Source: Acidobacteriota bacterium
GTDB taxonomy: Bacteria; Acidobacteriota; UBA6911; RPQK01; JAJDTT01
DNA length: 64,000 nt
Assembly (NCBI GenBank): GCA_965217775.1
Contig: CBDCJH010000002.1
Location: forward strand, 2,240,001 to 2,304,000
Direction of reading: 5' to 3'
Shown: in pieces, positions 1 through 9,329 of the stretch
Position numbering within the stretch: position 1 is the first letter of the stretch
Layout: each line of letters begins with the position of its first letter
Position numbers and translations under genes: made by a program
The notes under the pieces: generated by a model
What the model saw: only the letters and a program-made list of their open reading frames with translations
The model's database searches: none
Told to the model about the DNA's origin: nothing

Positions 1-2265
1 CCAGGCGGATACGGCGACTCCCCGGCTGGAGATGGTGGCGATGGCGTCCCGGAAAGAGAGCGGCGTCGGAAACATGTAGTGGGACCCCCGCCCGTCCCCC
101 TGAGTCATGTAGAAATGGTCCCGCATGAAGAGATTGAGCCCCTCGGCCAGCGGCTCCACCGACAGCAGCACGGGATCATCCTTGCCCAGATACTCCCCCC
201 CCGAAATGACAGCCAGCTTTTCGGTGGAAGCCGACAGCAGGACCTCGTCCAGACATTGGCGAGGCCGCGACGGATCGAATTCCCCGTTCCGACTCCACAC
301 CCGTTTGACGTTGAACTTCTCGACGGCCCCCAGCAGCGTCTGGCAATGCCCCGACTCGGTTTCCAGGTCCAGGAAGATCCGGCGATGGTGCTCCACGTCC
401 CAGACCTCCAGAACGGCCCCCACGCCACCGATGGAGTCGAGGTGCCGTTGCAGTGAACCGCTGGTCCGGGCGTGATTCAGGCTCCACCAGACGGGCAGGT
501 TGAAGGCCGAGGGTCCGGCCTTGTCGATGGACAGAAGACCGACCCGCTGCGTGCGGTTGAGGGGGAGCTCGGCGAAGCCGGGTCCCTGCCCCGATACGTT
601 GCCGGAAAAGACGGGTTCGGGCTCGCCGGCCTCGACCAACCCGGCCTTCCAGTCCCGGTAGGATTTCTCGAGGACCCCAATCCGGGACCGCTCGACCTCG
701 GGCAGGTGATCGGCCAACAATTCCAGAAACCGATCGGTGAGGTGAGCCAGCTCCTCCGTGGCACGGCCGGCAGAGGCGTCGCCCACCAGATCCTGGCCCA
801 GACCGTACCACTTGTAGCCCAGCGTGCTGGCGACCCAGACCTGGCGAAAGAAGGTTCGATAGGCAAAGAGGTGGACCGCATTGTCGTCGGCGCCGCGGAA
901 ATGGGTCATGAGGAGGTGCTCGTCATCTCCCACTTCGATGATCTCGGAGGTCGAGGAGATGAGACCCAGCTCCGTCGCTTCCTGGAGACTCGCCTTGGCG
1001 ACGAACCGGAAATGGTTCGGCGGCGTCGTGTGTCCCACCTTGCCTCCACCGTCGGCCTTGATGTCCGAGATGGTGAAACGCGCCCGCTGGTTGGCGCCCG
1101 CAATCAGGGAATCCTGGTCGGGTATATCTTCTAGTCGACCTGCGAGTCGACCGGCCAGTACCGCGGCCCTGGATTCCGACGCTTGGGGATTCAGATAGGG
1201 CTCGAACTCGCCGTGTCCGGCCATCTGCCGGATCAGTTCGGCGGCGTCCCGTTGCAGACAGCGGGTCTCGGGACGATTCTGGTCGAAAATATCCACGACG
1301 TCGGTGTCCGAGGGGATGCGGCCTCGATCGAAAGACTGGTAGGCGTAGGCCACGATCCGGGCGGCTCCCTCGCCGGAACGGAGGGGACGGCTTCCGGGAA
1401 AGTCCACCGGTACCAGCCCGACCCGGTACTCTCCGGCACGCCCTCCCGGTCCGAAATGAAACTCTCCGGCGGCCTGGGTGAATTCGCCGATGGCGGGAAG
1501 CCCCGACTGGGAGCGTCCGATCAGGATGGGATTGAAGTTTCCTCCCACCAGAGCGGCCGGCTCATCCCGCAGATCGCCCTCGGCGAACCTGCCCCGAACC
1601 GCGTAGACCTGACTCAGACGCCACTGCTCAGCATCGGCGATGAGAGCCACCAGCTCGTTCAGTTGGCCCGGTCCGAACTCGTAGGTCCGGACCCGATCCC
1701 GGCCTGCGGCCAGATCTTCGATCGATTCGACCACGCCGAGGTAGTCGTTGGCCTCGATCCTCCGTCCGGAGCCCTTATCCGGGTTGAAGAAAAGATTGAA
1801 GAGAGACCGGTTGAAGAAACCCCACGCGCCGTCCAGGGCTTTGGCCACGAAGATGGGTTCGGCCCCTCGCTCGGTATAGGGAAAGTTCAGGAGGCGGACA
1901 CCCAGAGCCTCCCGCTGCGCGTCCCCGGAAAGTGAGAAGACTTCCTCGGCCTCGGGTCCGGTCAGACCGGCCGCCAGCGCCTGTTCCAGGGCTTTGAGTC
2001 CACCCTGCAGTCCAATCCCGGCCGAAACCTCTACCGCAGCCTCATTGGAAAAGTCTCCATTGAGGCTGGAGAAATGGATGTGAACGTCCCCGCCGAAGCC
2101 TCGGACCCAGGACCCGCGAAGACCGGATCGGAGGACCGAGGCGGCCACTTCATCTCTGACGGCCTGCACGATGGCGGCCGGAGTCTCCGCCGCGGTCCAG
2201 CGGCCCAGATCTACGGAAACGATGGTGACATTGGATTGTTCGGAGACGGAATTCCCCGTTTTCAT
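1..2265 (-). CDS. Tandem two-domain fructose-1,6-bisphosphate aldolase/phosphatase (class V FBPase-like), 3' end runs off the window
   Basis: Not in the ORF track because it has no stop in the window. Manual translation from ATG 2265 gives 755 open codons. The second half has TISDIKAD..GH, VGDD.HLLMTH, YGLGQDL, FSGNVSGQGPG, DKAGPSAFNLP, STEKL..YLGKDDPV, RGSH. The first half has ERGAEPIF, GFFN..LFNLFFNP, RSQSGLPAIGE, HGEFEP. Confidence 0.88.
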   Translation of the reverse strand, partial: MKTGNSVSEQSNVTIVSVDLGRWTAAETPAAIVQAVRDEVAASVLRSGLRGSWVRGFGGDVHIHFSSLNGDFSNEAAVEVSAGIGLQGGLKALEQALAAGLTGPEAEEVFSLSGDAQREALGVRLLNFPYTERGAEPIFVAKALDGAWGFFNRSLFNLFFNPDKGSGRRIEANDYLGVVESIEDLAAGRDRVRTYEFGPGQLNELVALIADAEQWRLSQVYAVRGRFAEGDLRDEPAALVGGNFNPILIGRSQSGLPAIGEFTQAAGEFHFGPGGRAGEYRVGLVPVDFPGSRPLRSGEGAARIVAYAYQSFDRGRIPSDTDVVDIFDQNRPETRCLQRDAAELIRQMAGHGEFEPYLNPQASESRAAVLAGRLAGRLEDIPDQDSLIAGANQRARFTISDIKADGGGKVGHTTPPNHFRFVAKASLQEATELGLISSTSEIIEVGDDEHLLMTHFRGADDNAVHLFAYRTFFRQVWVASTLGYKWYGLGQDLVGDASAGRATEELAHLTDRFLELLADHLPEVERSRIGVLEKSYRDWKAGLVEAGEPEPVFSGNVSGQGPGFAELPLNRTQRVGLLSIDKAGPSAFNLPVWWSLNHARTSGSLQRHLDSIGGVGAVLEVWDVEHHRRIFLDLETESGHCQTLLGAVEKFNVKRVWSRNGEFDPSRPRQCLDEVLLSASTEKLAVISGGEYLGKDDPVLLSVEPLAEGLNLFMRDHFYMTQGDGRGSHYMFPTPLSFRDAIATISSRGVAVSAW

Positions 2266-2290
2266 TTTGCTTATGACTCCCAGGCACCAG

Positions 2291-2354
2291 GAGCCTGCGC
2301 GGCAGAAATTGATCTACTGCTTTCTCGCTACGATCATTTCTACAGCGCAGACTC
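2291..2354. mobile_element. Short, internally deleted copy of a MITE-like inverted-repeat element
   Basis: GAGCCTGCGCGGCAGAAATTGATC...GATCATTTCTACAGCGCAGACTC. Both ends match the ends of the element at 9140-9298. Confidence 0.75.
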
Positions 2355-2684
2355 CTGGAAAAAACGATTCAACCGTACCGGCGACGGAATCTTCAGGACC
2401 GGTATCACAGCCGTCGATCAACCAACTCTCACTCGGACGGCGTTATTGTACCTTTCTCCCCCGAAAAAAACGTCGTCCGCCGATGCTCACAGCCCCACAT
2501 CGCCGACTCCCGAAGACGGGACCGGAACAGAGTCTCGGTGAGTCTGCGGATCATCAGGTCCGATGATGCGGTCTGGTACCGGAGATTGGCGATAGTTGAA
2601 CTCTCGCAGACGCTCGCCAACAAGGAGCGATAGGGGACAGTGGAACGTCGCCACCCGTCAGGAGGCGGGGACATTGCAAGGCGG

Positions 2685-4208
2685 TTATGCTCTCGACCGG
2701 CGAAGTTCCCGGATGCCCTCGGAAAGAATGCGCAGGAAGCTGGATCGGTTCTGCCAGAGCAACAGGATCCAATGCCGCTTCTTCATCTGGGGAAAGTAGA
2801 TGCCCCGGAACGCCAGCCGCGTGAAGAACATCAAGGTTCGTTCGTGGAAGGGACGCCCCTCGATTTTCTTCAATGCCTGGGCCGTGGTCTGGGGTGAATA
2901 AGACCGTCTCCAGGCTTCGTGCACTTCGGCTTCGGCCGCCTTGACGCTGATGTTGTTGGGAGTGAAGGCCATGCGGAAAGGCCTGAAATCGAGCCAGTGT
3001 TTGGGACGGGTCAGCCGCTTCTGCGCCAACAGACGATCATACAACGGGGTTGCGGGATACGGCGTCAGCAAGCCGAACACGGGCAGCCCCGGAGGCCAGC
3101 TGTCGATGATGTCCAGGGTCTTCCGGGCCACTCCCGGACGATCACCGTCCATCCCGAAGATGAAGGAGGTGATGGAGTAAATTCCGCGTCTGGCGAGGCG
3201 ATCCAGGACCTCCGCGTATTGCGCCGGTTTGTTGAAGCCCTTGTTCACTCCCTTGAGGTTCTCGTCGTCAATCGACTCGAGACCCATGAAAATCCAGCGA
3301 CCGCCACTCTCCTTGATCAGGTCCACCAGTTCTTCGTCCTTCAGCAGGTTCACGCTGATCTGAGCTACCCAGGGAATTATGGCATCCTGCGCAATGATTT
3401 CCCGAAGCAGCGATTTGGTCCGCCGCTTGTTGAGGGCGAAGTTGTCGTCGATGAAGAAAACGCCGACTCTACTGTCCTCCTTTCGGGCCCGGGCCTTGAG
3501 CCGCAGCATCTCGTCAACGACGCTCTGATCGCTTCGGAAGCGAATGGAGTCGCCGAAGAACCCGGTGACGGTGCAGAAATCGCATCCGTACGGACAGCCC
3601 CGGCCGGACTCGATGGGTACGACGTAAAGGCCCTTCCAAGTGTTTCCCGCTTTCCTCAGCAGGTAGCGGCCCCAGTTGGGGATCTTGGACATGAGGTCGA
3701 ACTGGCTCAAGTCCAGATCTTCCCATGGAATGTGGGGGTAGTCGTCCAGAGAGGGCTTGACCTCATGACCCGTTTCATCGACTGGCTTGTAGACTTCTTG
3801 GAGCTGACCCGCCTCCGCGTCGGCCACGATCTTGGGCCAGACGTCATCCGCTTCCCCCAGCGCCACGGCGTCGGCGTGGCGAGGTTCGCCGCTCCTTCCG
3901 ATCGGCTCGTCGGGAACCTCGGTCACGTGGGGTCCCCCCATCACGACCTTGGCGCCCGCCGACCGAATGGCGTCGGCCATCTGGTACGCGCGCGCCGCCA
4001 TCCGGGTCATGGCCCCGATGCCGGCCAACTGGATATCGTTCTCCTTGACGAATTCCATGATGTCCGCCCGCGTCATGGGCTGGGCGTTCCCGTCGATCAG
4101 GAACACCTTGTGCCCCGGAGGCGTCACCGCCTGCAGCACAAACATCCACAGATGCGGCATGTAGTTTTTCGTCACCTGGTTGTCGGGGTTGTACAGCAAA
4201 ATGTTCAT
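2685..4208 (-). CDS. B12-binding radical SAM protein
   Basis: N-terminal cobalamin-binding-like domain (VVMGGPH); ESGRGCPYGCDFC (CxxxCxxC); FFIDDNF; GLES. Confidence 0.85.
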   Translation of the reverse strand: MNILLYNPDNQVTKNYMPHLWMFVLQAVTPPGHKVFLIDGNAQPMTRADIMEFVKENDIQLAGIGAMTRMAARAYQMADAIRSAGAKVVMGGPHVTEVPDEPIGRSGEPRHADAVALGEADDVWPKIVADAEAGQLQEVYKPVDETGHEVKPSLDDYPHIPWEDLDLSQFDLMSKIPNWGRYLLRKAGNTWKGLYVVPIESGRGCPYGCDFCTVTGFFGDSIRFRSDQSVVDEMLRLKARARKEDSRVGVFFIDDNFALNKRRTKSLLREIIAQDAIIPWVAQISVNLLKDEELVDLIKESGGRWIFMGLESIDDENLKGVNKGFNKPAQYAEVLDRLARRGIYSITSFIFGMDGDRPGVARKTLDIIDSWPPGLPVFGLLTPYPATPLYDRLLAQKRLTRPKHWLDFRPFRMAFTPNNISVKAAEAEVHEAWRRSYSPQTTAQALKKIEGRPFHERTLMFFTRLAFRGIYFPQMKKRHWILLLWQNRSSFLRILSEGIRELRRSRA

Positions 4209-4396
4209 GAAGGCTTCCTCGATCCAGGGTCCGGCAACCGGCCCCTTCCCACCATTAGCAGACTAGAAAACAGCGACACACAGAGGTTCTCAAGGGAGTT
4301 CAAGCACAGAGTTTACTTGAGCCGGTTTTCGATGTACAGGGCTCGACCCAAGGTTGCCTCGAATCCAGCCAGAATGGCAGCAGGCCAAAACCGGGA

Positions 4397-5782
4397 TCAA
4401 GACCCCACCAACGTCGAAGCCAGCCTGCTGACCTTGCGGACTGCCGCTCCGATTTCTTCCATGTCGGAACGCGAACCCAGAAAGACGGATTGCCCCAACC
4501 AGACGGCCTCTTCGCAGAGGCGGTCGTTCTCGGGGCAGCGATTCCGCTCGGGCCACTCCTTGAGGACCCTTTCCGGATAGATTCTCCGAAAGGCACGGGA
4601 CTGGAGGGTCTGCTCCAGGAACGGCTCCCGGTTCAGTGGACGATAGCCGGGCGAGCAGCGAACCCCCTCCGCCCGAAGCGCTTCCAGGAATCGGTTCCTC
4701 GGAAGACCCGCAAAAGCTTCGGGCCGGTAGCGGAACATGTAGAGGTGGTAGGCATTGCCGGTGCAGCCCTCGTATTGCCGCGAGGGCTCGATGCCGGGAA
4801 TCTCGTCGAACAGCCGAGTCAGGTAGGCAGCGTTCTCCCTTCGAAGCCGAGTCTGGGCGTCGAGGCGCTGCAATTGGGCCAGCAGCAGCGCCCCCTGAAA
4901 TTCGGTCATGCGCCGGTTGTCGCCGCTTCGCACGTGCGCCAACGGTGCGGCCGCTCGCTCCAGGTGTCCCTCGGACGTCGCCTGGTAGGCCCGCCCGGCG
5001 TCCTGGAAGCTGGTGCAGATCGCGGCCAGTTCGGGGTCGTCCCCGGAAATCGCTCCCCCTTCTCCGCAATTGAGATTCTTGGAAGCCTGAAAGCTGAAGC
5101 AACCCAGATCTCCCAAGGTTCCTACCGGGCGTCCTCTCCATTCCGCCAGATGAGACTGGCAGGCGTCTTCCACCACCTTCAGCCCCCGGCTCCGGGAGAT
5201 CTTCAGGATCCGGTCCAGGTCACACACGTTGCCCCCCAAATGAACCGGGATGACGGCTCGCGTCCGTTCGGTTGCCGCTTGCTCGATTCGAGACGGATCC
5301 AGTTGGGAGGTTTCACGATCGGAATCCGCAAAAATGGGCAGGGCGTGGCAGAGCAGAACCACGTTGATGGTGGCAACGAAAGTGTATGGGGGGACGATGA
5401 CCTCGTCTCCGGGTCCCACCCCCAAGGCATTCAACGAAGTGTAGAGGGCGCTGGTCCCGCTGGAGGTGGCGACGACGTACCTGGCGCCCAGCCGATCCCT
5501 CCACTCCGCCTCGAAACGCTCGACGTAGCTGCCGCCCCTGCGGTTCCAGCGCCGCGTTTCCAGCACTTCTTTCCAGATCTTCCGGTCGCCGTCTTCGAGG
5601 ATCGGCCACGAGCTGAAGGGCCGCGACCGGACCGGAGTTCCCCCCAGCAGAGCCAGCCGATCGTCTCGAGTCGTTTTCGTCAGCGGCGCCGAGGCCGCCC
5701 GGCCCGTAAGCCGGGCGCCTGCAAACGCGGCCGAGGCGCCAAGAAAGAATCGGCGCGACCAACTTCTGCCTTTCATTTGCAC
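4397..5782 (-). CDS. DegT/DnrJ/EryC1/StrS PLP aminotransferase with Tat-like signal
   Basis: [11 protein letters not shown]; SGTSAL; PPYTFVAT; VVEDACQSH; [15 protein letters not shown]. Confidence 0.88.
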   Translation of the reverse strand: MQMKGRSWSRRFFLGASAAFAGARLTGRAASAPLTKTTRDDRLALLGGTPVRSRPFSSWPILEDGDRKIWKEVLETRRWNRRGGSYVERFEAEWRDRLGARYVVATSSGTSALYTSLNALGVGPGDEVIVPPYTFVATINVVLLCHALPIFADSDRETSQLDPSRIEQAATERTRAVIPVHLGGNVCDLDRILKISRSRGLKVVEDACQSHLAEWRGRPVGTLGDLGCFSFQASKNLNCGEGGAISGDDPELAAICTSFQDAGRAYQATSEGHLERAAAPLAHVRSGDNRRMTEFQGALLLAQLQRLDAQTRLRRENAAYLTRLFDEIPGIEPSRQYEGCTGNAYHLYMFRYRPEAFAGLPRNRFLEALRAEGVRCSPGYRPLNREPFLEQTLQSRAFRRIYPERVLKEWPERNRCPENDRLCEEAVWLGQSVFLGSRSDMEEIGAAVRKVSRLASTLVGS

Positions 5783-5812
5783 CTCCCGTCGATGCCCCCG
5801 CGTTTATCCTCC

Positions 5813-6808
5813 TCAGGAAAAGGCGACGTGGACGCCCAGATCCTGGTCGCGGGCCTGCTGGTAAATGGTGCGAGCGATCGTAGTGTCCTGGATGCCGATC
5901 CCCACTCCGTCATAGAGGGTGATCTGATCCTCGTCCGTCCGGCCCGCGACGTCCCCGTTGATGACCTGGCCCAGCGAGCCGGCATAGCAGTCCTGACCCA
6001 GGATTCCAGCCTCCACCGCCTGACTCACCTCGCCCCGAACCAGAGCATGCTCGACAAAATCGGCGAAAAGCCGGCAGCGGGGCATCAACTCCATTTCACA
6101 TTCGATCTTCTCCCCCAGATCCGAACCCATGCAGCAGAGATGAGTTCCGGGCCGCACCCAATCGGACTGGACGATGGGCCGGCGGCTGGTGGTCGCGGTT
6201 ACGATGACGTCCGCCCCGCGGCACGCCTCCTCGGCCTCCGCCACCTGGATCGGCGCCGGCGCCTCGCCGGCGAGTTCGCGGCTCACCTGCTCGGCCGCTT
6301 CCCGGCGCAGATCGTGGAGGTAGATCCGGCTGAAGGGCCGGACCGAGCTGACCGCCCGCAGGCACTGGCGTCCCAACTGTCCGGCACCGATCACGGTCAG
6401 CGTCGCCGAATCGGAACGGCTCAAGCGTTTCGCGCTCACCGCCGCAGCCGCGCCGGTACGGTACATGGTGGGCAGGGTGCCGTCGCAGATCATCAGGAGC
6501 TCTCCGGTCCGGGGCTCGAATGCCGCGATCCAACTGTTGGTGGTGGGCAGCCCCCACTCCAGGTTGTCGGCCCGTTCCTGGCCGACCTTCATGGAAAGCA
6601 GGTCGGCGGCCTCGGTATAGCCGGTGATGCAGGCCGCCATGCCCCCGCTCGTCCCGGGAATCGACAACGGATAGATGGCTTTGGGAGGGAGGAAATCATT
6701 GCCCCGCTCGAATTCTCCCATGGCGTGCTCGATGGCGGGGATGGCGGCCTTGATGTCGATTCGGGAACCGATGTCCTTGCGGGTCAGAATGATTGTTTCT
6801 CGAGCCAT
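5813..6808 (-). CDS. Ornithine cyclodeaminase/mu-crystallin family protein
   Basis: MYRTGAAAAV; IGAGQLG; ADVIVTAT; DGVGIGIQD. Start moved to ATG 6808 (MARETIIL); the track's N-terminal extension overlaps the upstream gene. Confidence 0.85.
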   Translation of the reverse strand: MARETIILTRKDIGSRIDIKAAIPAIEHAMGEFERGNDFLPPKAIYPLSIPGTSGGMAACITGYTEAADLLSMKVGQERADNLEWGLPTTNSWIAAFEPRTGELLMICDGTLPTMYRTGAAAAVSAKRLSRSDSATLTVIGAGQLGRQCLRAVSSVRPFSRIYLHDLRREAAEQVSRELAGEAPAPIQVAEAEEACRGADVIVTATTSRRPIVQSDWVRPGTHLCCMGSDLGEKIECEMELMPRCRLFADFVEHALVRGEVSQAVEAGILGQDCYAGSLGQVINGDVAGRTDEDQITLYDGVGIGIQDTTIARTIYQQARDQDLGVHVAFS

Positions 6809-7950
6809 GGAATCATCCTTTCGAATGCCTTCTCGATCTGGTCCATGGAGGTCGCGAAGCTGATCCTCAAGGCGTTGTTGCAGGATCGGCCGAAAGCGCC
6901 TCCCGGGATGGTGCAGACACGAGCCTCCTTGAGCATCTGCATGGCCACCTCGAATCCATCGGCTCCCTCGGGAAGGAAGGGCATGATGAAGAATGCACCC
7001 CCCGGCTTGTAGCCGGTCAGAGAGGGCGCCTGATCCACCAGTTCCACGATCCGGTCCCGACGCCTGCGGTATTGCCGGACCATTTCGTCGACGCAACTCT
7101 GGTCCCCTTCCAGGGCCGCCACGACGGCCCACTGTGAAGCGGTGTTCTCGGTGGTGCTGATGAACATGTGGTAGCGCTGAAGGTCCACGATGTTCCGGGC
7201 GCTGGAGATGGCCCATCCCAGACGCAGACCGGCCATGGAGTAGGTCTTGGACACGCTGCTGGCCACGATCACATGATCCAGCGACGGGGAGCAGGTCAGA
7301 GCGCTGGCGTATTCCACCTCGTCGAGGATGAGGCACTCGTAGACCTCGTCGCTGATCAGGGCCAGTCCCCGCTCGACCGCCGCCTCGCTGATGGCGCGGA
7401 TCGTCTCCTCGGGATAGATGGCGCCCGTCGGGTTCCCCGGGGAATTGAGCATGATGGCGCAGGTACGATCATTGATGGCGTCGATCACCGCCTGCGGGTC
7501 CAACTGGTACCCTTCCCCGGCCGTCGTGACCAGGGGCCGGGGGATGGCTCCGGCCATGCGAATGATGTGGACCAGGATGAAGACCGGCTCGACGACGATC
7601 ACCTCCATGCCCGGTTTGACAGCGGCAGTGAGAGCCATGAACATGGCCTGGCAACAGCCGGTGGTGATGAGGACGTTGTCGGGACCGAGATCGATCCCGT
7701 AGCGGAGATTGTACCAGTCGGCGACGGCCTCCCGGAGCCGGGGCAGGCCGGCGTCCAGCTCATACCGCGTCTTGCCCTCTCGGAGCGCCCGGACGTGTGC
7801 CTCGACGATGTGGGAGGGAGTGGGAAAATCGGGCTGGCCGATGGAGAGATGCACCACATCCTCCATGGCGGCGGCGGTGTTGAAGTACTTGCGAATGGGA
7901 GAGAACGGAAGCTCGGCCAGATTCGGATTCCAGTCGATGCCTGTGGTCAT
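6784..7950 (-). CDS. Class I/II PLP-dependent aminotransferase (AspC-like)
   Basis: LSIGQPDFPTP; NSPGNPTG; ISDEVY; SVSKTYSMAGLRLGW. Start at MTTGIDW. Confidence 0.88.
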   Translation of the reverse strand: MTTGIDWNPNLAELPFSPIRKYFNTAAAMEDVVHLSIGQPDFPTPSHIVEAHVRALREGKTRYELDAGLPRLREAVADWYNLRYGIDLGPDNVLITTGCCQAMFMALTAAVKPGMEVIVVEPVFILVHIIRMAGAIPRPLVTTAGEGYQLDPQAVIDAINDRTCAIMLNSPGNPTGAIYPEETIRAISEAAVERGLALISDEVYECLILDEVEYASALTCSPSLDHVIVASSVSKTYSMAGLRLGWAISSARNIVDLQRYHMFISTTENTASQWAVVAALEGDQSCVDEMVRQYRRRRDRIVELVDQAPSLTGYKPGGAFFIMPFLPEGADGFEVAMQMLKEARVCTIPGGAFGRSCNNALRISFATSMDQIEKAFERMIPWLEKQSF

Positions 7951-8100
7951 GAGTCCTCGGCGCTTGCTCCTCGTCCCTGGACTTCGCGTTCCTTTACAGG
8001 AGCGTGAACTGCGGAAATGCTCTATCAACCCGGAAGCGGTGTCAAGAAGCCTCGGGTAGCGTGCTGAAGCCGCTCATCAGACGAGACGCACGGAGAAATC

Positions 8101-9180
8101 ATGGTCGTAAGGAATAGCCGGATTCGCGGGTTTGCGAGCGATACGAATGCGGGCATCTGCCCCGAAGCCTGGGAGGCGTTGGATCGCGCCAATCGGGGAC
8201 ACGCTCCCGCCTATGGCTTCGACTCCCATACCCAGGAGGCGCGCGCCGCCATTCAGGACCTTTTCGCCACCGATTGCCAAGTCTACTTCGTCTTCACCGG
8301 TTCGGCTGCCAACTCGCTGGCGGTGGCTCATCTCTGCCGCAGCTATGAGCTGGCCATCTGTCACGAGACTGCTCATCTGGACCTGGGGGAATGCGGCGGT
8401 CCGGAGTTCTTCAGCGGCGGCTCCAAGGTGCTGCCCCTGCCGGGAGAGCACGGAAAACTGGACGCCGCCGGCATCCGGTACGCGGTCGAGACTCGAACCC
8501 GCGACTTCCAATACCCAGCCCCCCGGCTCGTCAGCCTGACCCAGGCCACGGAGACGGGAACCGTCTACAGCCTGGAACGGCTCCGGGAAATCTCCAACCT
8601 GAGCCGCGAATTGGGACTCCGGGTCCACATGGACGGGGCCCGTCTGGCAAATGCCCTGATCCACCTGGACTGCGAGCCGGCCGACACGACCTGGAGAGCG
8701 GGTGTCGACGTCCTCTCCTTCGGCTGCACCAAGAATGGACTCCACCAGGGGGAGGCTGTCGTGTTCTTCGATCGGGAGTTGGCCTCGGGCTTCGAGTACC
8801 GTTGGAAGCAATCGGGCCAGGTCGCTTCCAAGATGCGTTTCCTGTCGGCGCCCTGGACGGCCCTTCTCAAGAGCGGCGCCTGGCTCCGCAATGCCCGGCA
8901 CGCCAATGCCTGCGCCGCCCGTCTGGAGCGGGGTTTGAGACGGTTGGAGGGCATCTGCATCCCCTACCCGCGGGAGGCCAACGGCGTGTTCGTCCGGCTC
9001 AAGCCCGCCCTGGCAGCAGCCCTGAGGCAACGGGGCTGGACCGTGGGAATCATGCCCGGCGGCGCCGCCCGCTTCATGTGCAGTTGGGACACCCGGGACG
9101 AGGACGTCGACGCATTGGTCCACGATTTCCGGGAACTGGGAGCCTGCGCGGCAGAAATTGATCTACTGCGAAAGCGGTAG
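8101..9180 (+). CDS. ltaE: Low-specificity L-threonine aldolase
   Basis: FASDTNA; TGSAANSL; TQATETGTVY; HMDGARLANA; LSFGCTKNG; SKMRFLSA. The last 13 codons and the stop lie inside the MITE. Confidence 0.85.
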   Translation: MVVRNSRIRGFASDTNAGICPEAWEALDRANRGHAPAYGFDSHTQEARAAIQDLFATDCQVYFVFTGSAANSLAVAHLCRSYELAICHETAHLDLGECGGPEFFSGGSKVLPLPGEHGKLDAAGIRYAVETRTRDFQYPAPRLVSLTQATETGTVYSLERLREISNLSRELGLRVHMDGARLANALIHLDCEPADTTWRAGVDVLSFGCTKNGLHQGEAVVFFDRELASGFEYRWKQSGQVASKMRFLSAPWTALLKSGAWLRNARHANACAARLERGLRRLEGICIPYPREANGVFVRLKPALAAALRQRGWTVGIMPGGAARFMCSWDTRDEDVDALVHDFRELGACAAEIDLLRKR

Positions 9181-9298
9181 AATCGGTCCATATTTCCCCG
9201 ATTTTTCGGCGAATAGAATGACTATGCACCTCAAAATCGAGAAAATCTGGTCTCGATTCCCCGCTTTCTCGCTACGATCATTCCTACCGCGCAGACTC
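9140..9298. mobile_element. MITE-like element, 159 bp, imperfect ~24-bp terminal inverted repeats, flanked by CTGG direct repeats
   Basis: Left end GAGCCTGCGCGGCAGAAATTGATC; right end GATCATTCCTACCGCGCAGACTC; CTGG at 9136-9139 and 9299-9302; AT-richer interior. Confidence 0.75.
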
Positions 9299-9329
9299 CT
9301 GGTTGCCGACCCGGCGCTCACTTGAACCG

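Noticed and set aside
79-2566. Track ORFs in the first 2.5 kb
   Set aside because: Mostly shadows of the real minus-strand gene <1..2265 that the track missed.
2540-2615. GAGTCTGCGGA...TCTCGCAGACGCTC, a possible third MITE
   Set aside because: Only about 10 bp of gapped inverted match, no target duplication and no internal similarity to the other copies.
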